Positions 38,929 to 51,812 of a stretch of DNA of 64,000 bases are shown in pieces (positions within the stretch are counted from its first letter, which is position 1; each line of letters starts with the position of its first letter). Source of the DNA: Octopus bimaculoides (Eukaryota); assembly GCF_001194135.2 (NCBI RefSeq), contig NC_068990.1, positions 70,035,007-70,099,006 of the forward strand, read 5' to 3'. Made by a program: the position numbers and the translations under genes. The notes beneath the pieces are model-generated. The model was not told where the DNA came from. It ran no database searches and saw only the letters and a list, made by a program, of their open reading frames with translations.

Positions 38929-40134
38929 TCAGGCTGAGTAAAAAGTAAGCAACATTTTGAAACATAAAATTCATCACAATATATTTCAACAATGTGGAAA
39001 TTTTATTCATCAAAGTACCATTACAATCAACACATTTTTGCCAACAAGTTACAAGTCTGTTTATTCCGGTAGCATAAAAATCTGGATTTCTGAAGCTAAT
39101 GAACTCTTTGAATGCACTTTCAGCATCAGTTTGATTTTTTTAACTCCTTCTCTCACAGGAAAGCATCAAGGTGCTTGAAAAAGTGGTAATCAGTAAGAGA
39201 AAGGTCTGGGGAATATGGTGGGTGGGGAAAAACTACATAGCCAAGTTCCTCAACTTCTAGAGTGTCATTGGTGAAATGTGTGGTTGAGCATTGTCATGAA
39301 GAATGGTTGGTCCTCTTCTGTTGACCAGTCTGGGACAGAGGAGTAACAGTTTTTCATTCATTTTGGCAATCTCATGGCAATATGTTTCTGCAGTAATGGT
39401 TTTTCCAGGTTTTAAAAAGTTTTAGTGGATGAGTCCAGCAGTGCACCACCAGACAGTCAACATAACCTTCTTTTTGAAGAGCCTGGGTTTAGGGAAGGTT
39501 TTCAGTGCTTCATTTTGGTCCAACCACCGTGAAAAATTCTTTTTATTACTGTATAGAATCCACTTTTCATCACAAGTTACAGATTTTCTGATTTTCATTC
39601 AAATCATGTGGTACCCATTTGTCAAGCTTTTTTTGATTTTCCGATCACATGCAAATGGTTGCAGGCAGTTTTCTGGCTGACTTGAAGTTCTTTTGCCAGT
39701 TCTCAAGTGGTTTTACATGGATCTTTCTCAATGACATTCTTTAATTGACCACAGATGGGTGTCCACTATGCTCACAATCTTCAAGGCTCAGATCTTTACT
39801 CGAAGTTGTTTGAATCATTTTCAAGCTGACCACTCGCTGATCATTTTCTCACCAAATGTTTTGTTGATATCATGAGCAGTTTCAACTGCTTTACGTACTT
39901 TTTTGAAGTTGAATATCAAAATTACTTGAATATCGCACTTTGACAGTTCCATTTCAGATGACTGTAACAACAGTGAAAAAATATCAATGTTAATTTATTG
40001 ATGCATTTGGGCAAGTCTATGTATGTATTATCAGACAAATCAAAAAAAATGCTTAGATAAAATTCAAAACTCTGCAAAAATCTGATACAAATTCTTCATG
40101 TTTCAAAATGTTGCTTACTTTCTACTCAAGCTGA
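38929..40134 (-). mobile_element. Full-span fossil mariner transposon (DD34D, cecropia/Hsmar1-like)
   Basis: TIRs tcaggctgagtaaaaagtaagcaacatttt and its inverse at the right end, with TA flanks at 38927-28 and 40135-36. Minus-strand transposase remnant LVNRRGPTILHDNAQPH...GYVVFPHPPYSPDLSLTDYHFFKHLD...FYATGINRLVTCWQKCVDCNG, with stops and a frameshift. Confidence 0.92.
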
Positions 40135-40520
40135 TAGATATGAAAGGAAGACATGGTCCACCAGTCTGTTGAATCCGGTCAAACCATCCTACCCATGTCA
40201 ACATGGAAAGCAGATATAAAATAATTCTTTGTACTAAAGGTACAAGGCCTGAAATTTTGATGGGGGTGGGGGACTAGTCAATTACTTCAACCCCAGTGTT
40301 TCACTGGTACTTCATTTATCGACCCTGAAAGAATGAAAGACAAAGTCAACCTCAGCAGAATTTGAACTCAGAACATAAGGATGAACAAAATGCCACTCAG
40401 CATTTTCCTCGGTGTGCTAATGATTCCACCAGCTCACCACCTTAAACAGACATAAAATAATTACAACAATAATTAATTATTTACATTTGATGGATATTTG
40501 TCCTCATCTTGTTTGTTGTT

Positions 40521-40566
40521 AACACAACATTTCAGCTGATATACCCTCCAGCCTTCTTCAGGTGTC
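40521..40566 (-). ncRNA. Minimal type I hammerhead ribozyme motif in a Penelope-like terminal-repeat remnant
   Basis: GACAC-CUGAAGA-A-GGCUG-GAGGGUAUAU-CAGCU-GAAA-UG-UU^GUGUU: 5-bp stem I, 5-bp stem II, near-palindromic AAUGUU stem III. Confidence 0.7.
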
Positions 40567-41967
40567 CTGGGGAAATTTCAAACCTGGGTTCTCATTTCTA
40601 AGGCATTTTTCAGTTTTATTATTATTATCATTATTATTATTATTCAGGTCACTGCCTGGAATCTAACTCGGAATCTCGGGGTTAGTAGCCTGCACTCTTA
40701 ACCACTATACCATATGATTACTCTTTCTGATTTAATTATTAAACTTATTTATAACTTAATTCAAGACAATATAGAGCATTGGAAGTCTATCGATTCTTGT
40801 GATTCACTTTACTTAATTCTATATGCTTTCAAATATCAACATAGCATGTAGCAACTATTTCTGGGAAGGTCATTTGTGAAGAGACTAATCATTTTCTCAT
40901 ATATTTTTGTCAAAATATTAGATATTGAGGCAGAGGTTATGAATGTGACTAGTAAAATAACTTTATATTCCTATGCCAATGTTGTAAAGAACCATGTACT
41001 TTAACTACTTGTAATGTCGGTGTGACTGTAGTGGAAGATTAATTTGAATAGAAAATAAAACAGTTTAACTTTGCTAAAAAGAAATATTATAGCAGTTAAT
41101 GAAAGCAATAATGAGATGACAACGAAATCCTTTACACTCCTCTACTGCACTGAAAATAATGAAAAGACATACAAGGTGCGATTGTAGGTGTGCAGTCTAA
41201 AAAAGGAAAATGAGTGATAGGCACAGTTGGACTGTCTTTGATATTGTGTTTTATTGTTACTTGGGGACTGGGCTGATCTAGAGTTAAATACCAAAAGCAA
41301 GAGGAGTGGCTTTGATGAATTGATTTTAGTAGATTCAGTTATTCCAGCAAACACAACCAAACACACATGCCCCAGATATCATTTCATCTGATAAGAGTGA
41401 CCTGGTATACAATACAAATACATATAGATACATATATATATGTGTATCAGACTTAGTGAGGTATGGGGGAGTATAATGTGGGAGAGGGGGTCCCAAGAAA
41501 TTTGAGATGGATTGAGGCGGGTTGTAGATTATGCAACTCTAAGCATTATTTTAACTTTGAATAGGAAAAAAAAAACAAATGAACATAAACAAAAAATCTG
41601 CTACAGTAACTCTTATTTGATAGTCTAATAACAACTGTGACTGTTTGTCAAACATTGTGAGGGGTGGGGGTTATAGTTTTGAAGAAGCTCAGATGAGAGT
41701 GAGAGAAGGAAAGAGAGGATGAAAGTATGATATATAGATAAGAGGGAGAAGGATGAAAGGGAATATCTTTTGTTTTTCACTTGTTTCAGTCATTGGACTG
41801 TGGCCATGCTGAGGCATCAACGTGGTTGAAAAGTTTTTGTCAAACAAATCAACTTTTTTTTTTTTTTGAAGTCTGGTACTTATTCCACCAGTCTCATTTG
41901 CCAAACTGCTACATTATAGGAGCATAAACAAAGTAACACTAGTTGTCAAGCAGTAAGATGGAGGGGA

Positions 41968-42197
41968 AGGCGGCGAGCTGGCAGAAACGTTAGCACACCG
42001 GGCGGAATGCTTAGCAGGATTTCGTCTGTCTTTACGTTCTGAGTTCAAATTCCGCCGAGGTTTACTTTGCCTTTCATCCTTTCGGGGTCGATGAAGTAAG
42101 TACCAGTGAAACACTGGGGTCAAGGTAATCGACTTAATCCGTTTGTCTGTCTTTGTTTGTCCCCTCTGTGTTTAGCCCCTTGTGGGCAATAAAGAAA
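41968..42197 (+). mobile_element. Young tRNA-headed SINE, family B, with 14-bp TSD, nested in an older family A SINE
   Basis: Perfect direct repeat taagatggagggga at 41954-41967 and 42198-42211; CpGs retained; body ctttgcctttcatcctttcggggtcgat...agtaccag. Diverged copies lie near 5935-6140, 6470-6850, 19150-19630, 19835-20030, 47025-47240 and 47870-48085 (+), and 40235-40445 (-). Confidence 0.88.
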
Positions 42198-43422
42198 TAA
42201 GATGGAGGGGACAAACACACACACATGATGTGCTTTCACATAGTTTCTATCAACCTATTTCATTCACAAGGCATGGTCAGCCCAAGGCTATAGAAGTCGC
42301 CAGCCTTTGCCCAAGGTTCCAAGCAATGGGATTGAACCTGAAACCACATGGTTGCAAAGTGAGTCTCTTAATTACACAGCTAAGCCTGTGCCTTTGGAAA
42401 TAAAATTAAATTAAAAATTGATTTTTCAATAAAATATTTACATTTACAGGTAAAAGAAGGTGACAATGTACCTTGCACTAAATTAGTGACTTAAATGTCT
42501 AAGTTAATTACTTTTATCTTTTCATTTGTTTCTGTCGTTGGACTGCCTGCCCAACAAGATGTTGTGCAGTGGGAATGAACTTGTGACCACATGGTTGGGA
42601 AGTAAACTTCTTAACCACACAGCCATGCCTGCAAGTGTGTGTGCATGTGTATTTGTAGTGTAATATATGGATTCATAGTATCATGTGGCTATCATGGAAA
42701 GCTCTTCTTGCAGACCCAGCTAGCAGACCATTTAGTAATCCAATGAGGAAGAAAGAGTATAATGCAGAGTGCCCAGGCAGCTGAAATCCAGGAGCTCCAG
42801 TCTTTTAAAAAATTCCATTAGGAGTATATAAAACATAAAAAGTGAGAGAAAGTGTGACTTTTTATGGTTTATATATACATGCAGACAAAAACATTCGCAT
42901 AAATAGCAACAAAATAAACCAGAAACATTATAAAAAAACTATACACACACAAATATACACAAGCCATTACCAGCTGACACGGAGAAAATACAATGAAGGA
43001 AGGTTCTAGATTTTGTAATCTTAAAACTTAATATTCGATTTCTTTCTTTTATTGCTTATCTGTGTGTTATCTGCCTTATCTATTTCATCTGATGTATTTA
43101 ACTTTTATGCTCTGTCAAGCCAAGATTACATTTCAATCTATTTACTAACACACAGCTAATACAAATGACAAAGAAACTCCATTCTGCTCTAGAAATATAT
43201 TATTTTATCTCCCATTCTATTAGATTATCTTGAAAATATTATCTAGCAGGGTTTTTCTTCATTTTCTTTTTGAAGTTTTTTTTTTTTTTTTTTTGTATTT
43301 TGTTGTGAAGTATACTGGAATGAAAACAGACTGGCAGAATGCACACAAGATACTTTTATATATATATTATTCATACATAGACACACACACTCACATAGAC
43401 ACACACACTCACNNNNNNNNNN

Positions 43423-43462
<40 letters not shown>

Positions 43463-43994
43463 TGTGTGGTTAAGAGGCTCACTAAGCAATCACATAGCTT
43501 CGGGTTCAGTCCTACTGCACAGCAAGTGTCTTTTACTGTAGCCTTGGGCCAACCAATACCTTATGAGTGAATTTGGTTTACAGAAATTGTATGGAAGCCT
43601 GTTGTGTGTGTACATGTTTAAATTTATCCCCTGCTACTTGACAACCAGTGTTGGTTTATTTATACCTCCATAACATAGCAGTTAAGCAAAGAGTCTAATA
43701 GAATAAGTACCAGACTTAAAAAGTAAGTACTAGAGTGAAACTATTTGACTAAACCCTTCAAAGTAGTACCAAATTCTTCATCCAGAACTGGCCCATGGCA
43801 TCAAGAACAGCTATAAGAGAAAACCAAAACAAACTGATGTGGAGGTAATATTGCACTTAAACACAATTAGGCTGTACATCTATCACTCCATCCATCCGTC
43901 CATCTGTCTAGATATATTCCGACAAAAACATACATATATATTTATATGGAGCTTAGTCAAGCCTAATTGTGTTTATCAGCATTCCCACCTCATA

Positions 43995-44047
<53 letters not shown>

Positions 44048-45072
44048 ATATAAATATATTGTATATAAATGTTGCAATATGTTGAATGAATTAGAGACAT
44101 GCTCAGTGCATGTTGTAAAGTTGCAGAGAAAAATCAACCAACTTAGTATACATTCTCTCACTGATTCACTGTGATTACAGAGTGTGGCTTAAAAACCTTC
44201 CACATTTCACATTGATTGCTTCATAAAATATGGGAGGTTTTTCTGCCTCACTGTGTAGTATGCTTCTTATTGTTGTTGCAATCTTGTATTATAAAAAAGA
44301 AGCTAATCTCCATCTATCTGTCTGTCACATGCTATATGTGAAGGAAGGGAAGAAGGAGAAGAGAAAAAAGTTGATAAAATAGGAATACAGTGAGATAGAA
44401 AGACTGTGTGTGAAAGATAGACAGGTAATGTTGTCACCATTGATTGTAACTAACATGTTTTGGTTAAAAACACAAGAATTTTATGTGCAAGTCTGTCAAC
44501 ATAACGCAACACAGGCTTCAAAAATGATAAAAGACTTTCACTATATAATAATATAGATAGTTATTTTTTGGTTGTTTGTTTGTGTGTGTATGTGTGTTTC
44601 TGTATGTCTTTCAATATAGAAACAATGCAACACAGATTTTAAAAAAAAGGCTTTCACTATAATAACAGGTTGTTATTGTTGACAGAAAAACACAGTGAGA
44701 GAGAAAGAGAGAGAGAGAGTGTTTGTGTGTGTGCATGTGTGATAGACAGACATACATGCAGACAGGCAGGTAGGTTGTTGTCACCATTGTAACTAATAAG
44801 ACTTTCACTATATAACAGCCTACTATTAAAGGAAGGTACATGCTTGATTAACAAATATTTTTACCAGCAGCATAGCACCAGACAAAGACCTAGTTATTTT
44901 AATTTTCGTTGTTATTTGAGTTGTTGTTGTTGTTTACTTTCTTACTGTTGTTAGCAGTGTTATTATTGTTACTGTAGTGTTTTTTCTCATTATCTTGTTT
45001 TATTTTTTCAGTAAATAACTTAAAGAGAAAATTTCATTAAAAAAAAATAAACCCTGTAATTTTCTTCTTCAG

Positions 45073-45272
45073 AAAACAAGACATGTGATCCTCAATGCAA
45101 GAATGGATGTTGGGGTGCTGGTCCTGAACGATGCTTAGAATGTGCCAATTACCATATTCATAAAGCAGCTCCTTGTATTGCTTCTTGTTCCAGTGTGCCA
45201 TTACATTATGATGCTGGCAATAAAATATGCAAGAAATGTCATCCACAATGTGCCAACAATTGCACTGGACCT
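45073..45272 (+). CDS. EGFR: EGFR coding exon J (CR2; equals human exons 13+14)
   Basis: cttcag acceptor, gtaagt donor, phase 1-0, 200 nt. ENKTCDPQCKNGCWGAGPERCLECANY...CKKCHPQCANNCTGP. Confidence 0.95.
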
Positions 45273-45340
45273 GTAAGTATATTTATACTTGTTGATATGG
45301 TGTTCATGTGTGGGGGGGGGGGCATGCATATATGTGTGGG

Positions 45341-45391
<51 letters not shown>

Positions 45392-46813
45392 CAAATCAAA
45401 AATAAAAGCAAAAGTCAAAAGGGCCTTCAAGGTCAAGACATATGGGTTCCCCCTTCTCCCTTTTCTCCAACAGTGGCTATTTCATGTCACAGTTGTTGTT
45501 CTAGCTATCCTCAGTTCTACAACTGGTGATGCTGTTGAAGCAGTAATTACTGCAAAGGCCGTGAACTTCCTTTAACTTTCACCTCAGAAAACTGCTGGTG
45601 GATGTCTGTTGCTACCACCCTTTCCGCCAACTTCTTTTCTGTCAGTAGGCTTTCATGTGGCCTTTATTGCAACATATGTAGCACCAGGGTCTTCTGCCTT
45701 GCAACATGAATCAGACTGACCTCTTGTCCCTCTTCTCCCACAATGGAGTATAACTGTAAGATAACCTTGTGGTCTTGAGGCCATCAGTTCCTATAAATCC
45801 ATTCAGGCACCTTCTGATCACATGATGTGCACCACCTCTGCACTCATCCCCTGCAAAGTTCACAATGAGCTGAGGATTTCACTTCAACACTAACATCTTT
45901 GAGAGTGACGTTTCTGTTTTTCTTACCTGAGTACTGTGGTATCAACAAGTAAGTAGTTGTGTAATCTACTGACTCTGCCTCTCCTTTCACTTCATAACTG
46001 GCTCATGCTTTCATATCTATAGTTAGAGGAGAATACCTCCTGCCATACACCAGTTACAGCTCTCAGTAACTGCTCTTAGGTGGGGGGAGTATATACAAAC
46101 ATTTTTGTTTGCAAAATAGATTCTACACATCACTTTATTCTTTGCCCTTTCTTAGATAAAATCTATGAATATAATTTTACTTTCCATTAGCTGCTTCATG
46201 AGAACTTTTCTACTCATATCACCATAAACAGGAGTGGAACACAACTAGAGCCCTCACACTTGCTCCAAATACTGGGTTTTTTTTTGTTTTTTTTTATTTT
46301 TTTATATTCAGTTTCACACTTTTGCCTTTAATTGACTAATGTTCACCTCCATCCTTTGATCTTTGATATTGGCAACAGATGCTGGTGGTTGTGATTCTGT
46401 AGAAACCAGCCAAAGCCAACATATTTATTTATTAATTTTGTTTGCCTGAAACTTTCAGATGCATGAGGCCAGAGTGTATTTGAACTCTCAAGCCTGGAAG
46501 CTGATGATGGTTTTCACCAGCGAATACAACATAAGTCCATCATAGGATTAAACCCCAGATGCCACTAGTACTCACCTTTACCTTGGTATATTGAAACAAT
46601 GTGAAACAAAATGCCTTGCTCAAGGACACAATGCATCACTTAGTCCAAGAATTAAACTTCTGACTCATTGATCATGTGTGTAACCACCTAACACACTAGG
46701 CCACATACTTTCAAATATCATTGTTATTAATGCTATTTTTCATTATAATCTACTTACTTCAACACATTAATATTACTATCTAATGCTTTAGTCTTTGTTT
46801 TTTTTTATTTCAG

Positions 46814-46941
46814 GGAGAACATGAATGTGACAGCTGTTTAAAAGTACAACATGGTCCTAACTGTATGAGTCACTGTCCACCAAACATGTTTCCAAACCAA
46901 AAAAAGATTTGTCAAGTATGTCATATCAACTGTGATGACGG
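46814..46941 (+). CDS. EGFR: EGFR coding exon K (CR2)
   Basis: tttcag acceptor, gtatgt donor, phase 0-2, 128 nt. GEHECDSCLKVQHGPNCMSHCPPNMFPNQKKICQVCHINCDDG. Confidence 0.94.
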
Positions 46942-47444
46942 GTATGTCTGCTTCCTCATTAAAAAAAAAAAAAAATCATTCCGGAATGTTCATAAATAAT
47001 TATTTGTTAATCATACATGCACTTAAGGTGGCAAGCTGGCAGAATCATTAGAATACCGGGCGAAGTACTTTGCAGCATTTCATCTGTCTTTATGTTCTGA
47101 GTTCAAATTCTGCCAAAGTTGATTTTGCCTTTTATCTTTTCAGGGTCAATAAAATAAATATCAGTTGAGCACTGAGGTGAATGTAATCAGCGTACCCACT
47201 TCCCTGAAACATTTGACCTTGTTCCAAAATTTGAAACCAGTTATACACACAGTTACACCTACTCATATAAAATATATATACATTGTGTAGGAACAGGCCT
47301 GGTTGTGTGGTTAATATGTTTGCCTCCCAACCAAGTGTTTTTTGTATTCAGCCCTGTTGTGTGCCACTTGGGCATGTCTTCTAATATAACCCTAAGCCAA
47401 CTGAAGCCTTCTGAGTTGATGTGGTAGACGAAAACTGCAAGAAG

Positions 47445-47510
<66 letters not shown>

Positions 47511-48146
47511 GTGCGTGCGTGTGTGTGTATGCAACCTCCTCATCTTGACATTGCATGACAGTTGTAAACCAGTGTCACCATCATACAAGCAATGTTATTT
47601 ATTCTTAAACTGCCATGAAACCAAGTTTGACCATGGGGAAATATTACCTTGCTTGGAAACAACTGAGGGTTGGCAACAGGAAGGGTATCCAGCCATAGAA
47701 TATCTGCCTTGATGAATTCTGTCTGTGGCATGCAAGCATGGGAAAGCTAAGTGGTGTTGAGTGATGATGACAATATGACAAAAATGATAAGCTGTCAGCA
47801 GAATCAGTGATATATCATGCAACACTCACACTGAAAAAATGTCTAATTTATTTAGTAATACTTCTCAGATGTCAAGTCAGCAGAATTGTTAGCACACAAG
47901 GCAAAATGCTTAGCAGCATTTCATCTGTCTGTACATTCTAAGTTCAAATTCCTCCAGGTTAGATTTGCCTTTCATCCTTTTAAGGTCAATAAAATAAGTA
48001 CCAGTTGAGCACTGAGGTTTATATAATCAACTTAGCCCCTCCTCTGAAATTGTTGGCCTTGTGCCAGAATTTGAAACCAATATTTAGTAATACTTCTTGT
48101 AATTTTCAAATGTTTAAATATAATTATTTTCTCTCTTCTTTTCAAG

Positions 48147-48315
48147 ATGTTCTGGCCCAAGTTCTGAACTAAAAATTGGTGGTTGTAATAGCTGTAAAAT
48201 TGGACTCCAGCAGAGTGATGGCAGAGTTTTATGTTTTTCAAAGGAAAGTTCTGAATGTCCTGATGGTTTCCATCCAACTTACAAGAATAAAATGAAACAA
48301 ATGAATGGCAAAATT
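48147..48315 (+). CDS. EGFR: EGFR coding exon L (extended Cys-rich region)
   Basis: Polypyrimidine tract plus ttcaag acceptor, gtaagc donor, phase 2-0, 169 nt. CSGPSSELKIGGCNSCKIGLQQSDGRVLCFSKESSECPDGFHPTYKNKMKQMNGKI. Confidence 0.92.
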
Positions 48316-48789
48316 GTAAGCCATATTTTTAATGCTTCAAGACTAACCTACCTCTGTTAGAATTTTCAGATTATTCATTGAAACTAAAATTTTATTCTTA
48401 CATCAAAGACACTAGATTTCATTAAGTAAATATTTGTCTTCTAGTTGTTTCCCTAAATTCTTGTAATTCTTGATTATTTTAAAGTTTAACAGAATATTCT
48501 TGTTAGGAATATGGTCACAAAATGGTTAAACTTACATTCTATGTTAGAAGTAATTTCACTTTTAATTATATGTTTCATGTGAACTTTTCAACTCATATCA
48601 AGAAAACACCAGTGCACCCCATCCCCAAAACAAGAGTGGCACTTAACTAGAGACTTCACAACTGCTCCAAATGCTGGGCTTTGTTATTTCTTAGGATCTC
48701 TCATGGTGAAAACACATCCTTAACATAGCTAAAACCACATCCCAAACATTACCCATTCTCATCAGGACCAGATATTTCAGTCCCCAATA

Positions 48790-48892
48790 ATCATTGATAC
48801 TCTATAAGAATCAACTAAGGTACACAATGGAGTACTGGTCCCATACAAGGGACATGGTCCTGCCTCTGGCAAATAGACATATGCCCCCTCCC

Positions 48893-48947
<55 letters not shown>

Positions 48948-49047
48948 NNNNNNNNNNNNNNNNNNNNNNNNNNNNNNNNNNNNNNNNNNNNNNNNNNNNN
49001 NNNNNNNNNNNNNNNNNNNNNNNNNNNNNNNNNNNNNNNNNNNNNNN

Positions 49048-49108
<61 letters not shown>

Positions 49109-49340
49109 TAAAATATTTGTGCTGCTCAGAACTGGCTGCTTTTTGTATTTCCATCACTCAAGCACTTTTCATCCACACCCATCTCCCTTGGTGCATTCAA
49201 CTCCCCCACCTTATTACCTGCACTAATCCCTATTCTCAGTCCTTCTCCCCCAGACCATCGTCCCTCTGGAATCTCCTTCCAGCTCGTCTCTCTACAAGTA
49301 TTCACCTGCAATAGTTTAAACAGAGTATTAACAACATCAA
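48790..49340 (+). mobile_element. Degenerate CR1/L2-group LINE 3' remnant interrupted by (TC)n
   Basis: YKNQLRYTMEY and YSQSFSPRPSSLWNLLPA...LQ*FKQSINNI resemble the CR1/L2-type C-terminus (SFFPRT..LWN.LP...FK). Confidence 0.6.
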
Positions 49341-49633
49341 TCTCACTGGTTTTAGAAGGTGTGCAAGGGTCATCAGCTCTGCCCCTTCCTCCACACTCTG
49401 CGAACAAAAATAAAAAGATGGATGGTCATAGCTGTGGGATTAAGAAATTCACTCCTAACCACATGCTGTTAAATTCAGTCCCATTGGGCAAGAATCTTCT
49501 ATCGACTCAGACTGTCTAAAGCTTTGTTGAGTGAATTCAGTAGAATGAGAGAGAGTGTGTGTGTGTGTGTGTGTGTGTGCATCTAGATTAAAATAGAAAA
49601 TAAATAAGCAAAACATTTAGCATCACTCCTGAA

Positions 49634-50116
49634 CATTTAATTTAAATATAGAATATAAGCATAGTGGAGAGTAGTTACGATAAATAGGTAAAATCTCTTA
49701 CAGCTGTTTCTAGAATAGCCGAGCATATAGATCATGTTATTGAGTAAAGAAGTGAGAGAGAGAGAGAGAGAGAGAGAAGTAAGAAAATATAGAAATGAAG
49801 AATACCTTAATCAAGGATATTAGTAGTTACCAGTTTGCTGAGAAATGAAGGAAAGACCAGAATGAAAGGTATATGTGTTTGGTAGTTCCATGATCAAAGA
49901 ACTAATAAAGTCGTAGGTTCCATTCAAAAATGGAACCAGTAACATTTATTATCTTTTGCCATGGATTATCCTCGAATCTTAACCCATGGAACTACTACGG
50001 AACTTCATCTTTTACCCATGACTTTATTAAGCCATTCTAGAAACAGCTGTAAGAGACTTTATCTATTTCTCATAACTACTCTGCCCTATGTTTATATTCT
50101 CTGTTTAAATTAAATG
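49634..50116. repeat. Inverted repeat, ~85-bp arms
   Basis: 49634-49718 is the reverse complement of 50032-50116 (shared core tctcttacagctgtttctagaat), about 80% identity by eye. Confidence 0.7.
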
Positions 50117-51235
50117 CTTTTAGAATGATGCCAAAGGTCTTGCTTATTCATTTTCTATTTTAATCTATATCCACCCACTCAAGGAGAAACCACTTTTAGT
50201 CGCCTTTGATAGGCGATTTCAGCACATTTTTCAGTTGCAGTTCAAGCCAGAGTATTTAGTGGTAAACTGAACTGAGCACTCATAGTACATACCTATTACA
50301 TCATGTCAGCTGATGAAAACTCCTTGTGTATTCTCTCTGTACGTATGTGTGTGTGCATATGTGTGTGTATGTGCGAGTGTGTGTGTGTGTGTGTGTGTGT
50401 GTACATATGTATATAATTCAGGTAATATTATGTTTGAGGATGCAAGGTAATAGGTACATGCAATTAGTGCTCAAGTTGACTTGCTGCCTAAACTCCAACT
50501 TCTTGAAGTGCAACTGAAAAAGCAGGACTGTTATTGCTGCCTAATAACAATTAACTATAGGCAGTGTTTCAATCAAGCAGGTACATGTAGAATAGAATAA
50601 AATTATAAACAGGCAAACAGCTGGTTTCAGATCAGATTATGACATTTATATATTTAAACGTCAAGTAGAATTGTTATCACAAGAGGTCGATAAAGGATCA
50701 ATTGAAAAAAGTTCATAATGATTATATATGCTAGTATTCTCTTAGAACAGTTATATGGTAGGTTTGAATTATTGGTCTTAGGTAAAGCTGGTCTTTAAAG
50801 TAATAACCAAAGCTAGATGAGAAGAAAGAGGAATTAAGGAAGATGGTGTGAAGATACTCTTATAGATGTTTCAAGAATAGATGCACAGTTGCTGCATTTC
50901 CCTGCAAGCAATCAGCAGCCAACATTATAGCTGCGGTCTATATCATCCTAATGATGGAATAGGAGATTCCTTGCTTTCAAAACAAAGATAATGGTTAGCA
51001 ACACAAAGAGAATCTAGCTGTAAAATTCTGCCTAAATAATACATAGTCATCTAACCTATGCTAGCATGGAAAAACAAATTTAAAATGAACAGGCGAAAGA
51101 ATAATCTTGATATAATTGATTCTTTTGAAACTTCTATAATACAATTTCTGCTTTTTGAATTCTCTTAACCTTTTAATGAAGATGCAACGTTCTTTCATTC
51201 TTGCAAAACTTTAAAAAATTTCTTTTTGTTTGCAG

Positions 51236-51487
51236 TTATGTGTTCCTTGTCATAAAGAATGTGAAACGTGTTTTGGTGAAGGGAATTATTCCTGCAGAAA
51301 ATGTCGCAACTTTAAGATGAAGCCATACTGCACAAGCAAATGTTCGAACAACTATTTTAGTGATAGAGAACAGATGAAATGTATTGAATGCCATAACGAG
51401 TGTTTGAATGGCTGTCATGGTCCTACATCATCTGACTGTGTTGCCTGTCGCAATTTAAAGATTTATTTAAACAACAACCAAACTATG
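51236..51487 (+). CDS. EGFR: EGFR coding exon M (extra furin-like repeats)
   Basis: ttgcag acceptor, gtaagt donor, phase 0-0, 252 nt. LCVPCHKECETCFGEGNYSCRKCRNF...CIECHNECLNGCHGPTSSDCVACRNLKIYLNNNQTM. Confidence 0.95.
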
Positions 51488-51766
51488 GTAAGTTTTACAT
51501 AATAATTACTTCAATTAAGATATAGCTGAAAATTGTAACAATCACTTTTCCCTTTTTCACATGATAACCAAATAATAGATTTTATATATGTTGTCATATC
51601 CATAATACAGTGGTAAGCATCCCCACCTGTCATGTGGGAGACCAGGATGTGGTAAGAAGTTTGCTTCCCAAACACATGGTTCTAGGTTCAGTTACACTTG
51701 GGCAGGTTCCTGACCAAAGCCTTGTGAGTGGATTTGGTAGACAGAAACTGGAAAAAGCCCATTAAA

Positions 51767-51812
<46 letters not shown>

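Noticed and set aside
51488-51502. Intron read-through after exon M (or H) giving a secreted EGFR
   Set aside because: Almost any AT-rich intron yields a quick stop; no sequence evidence for regulated use.
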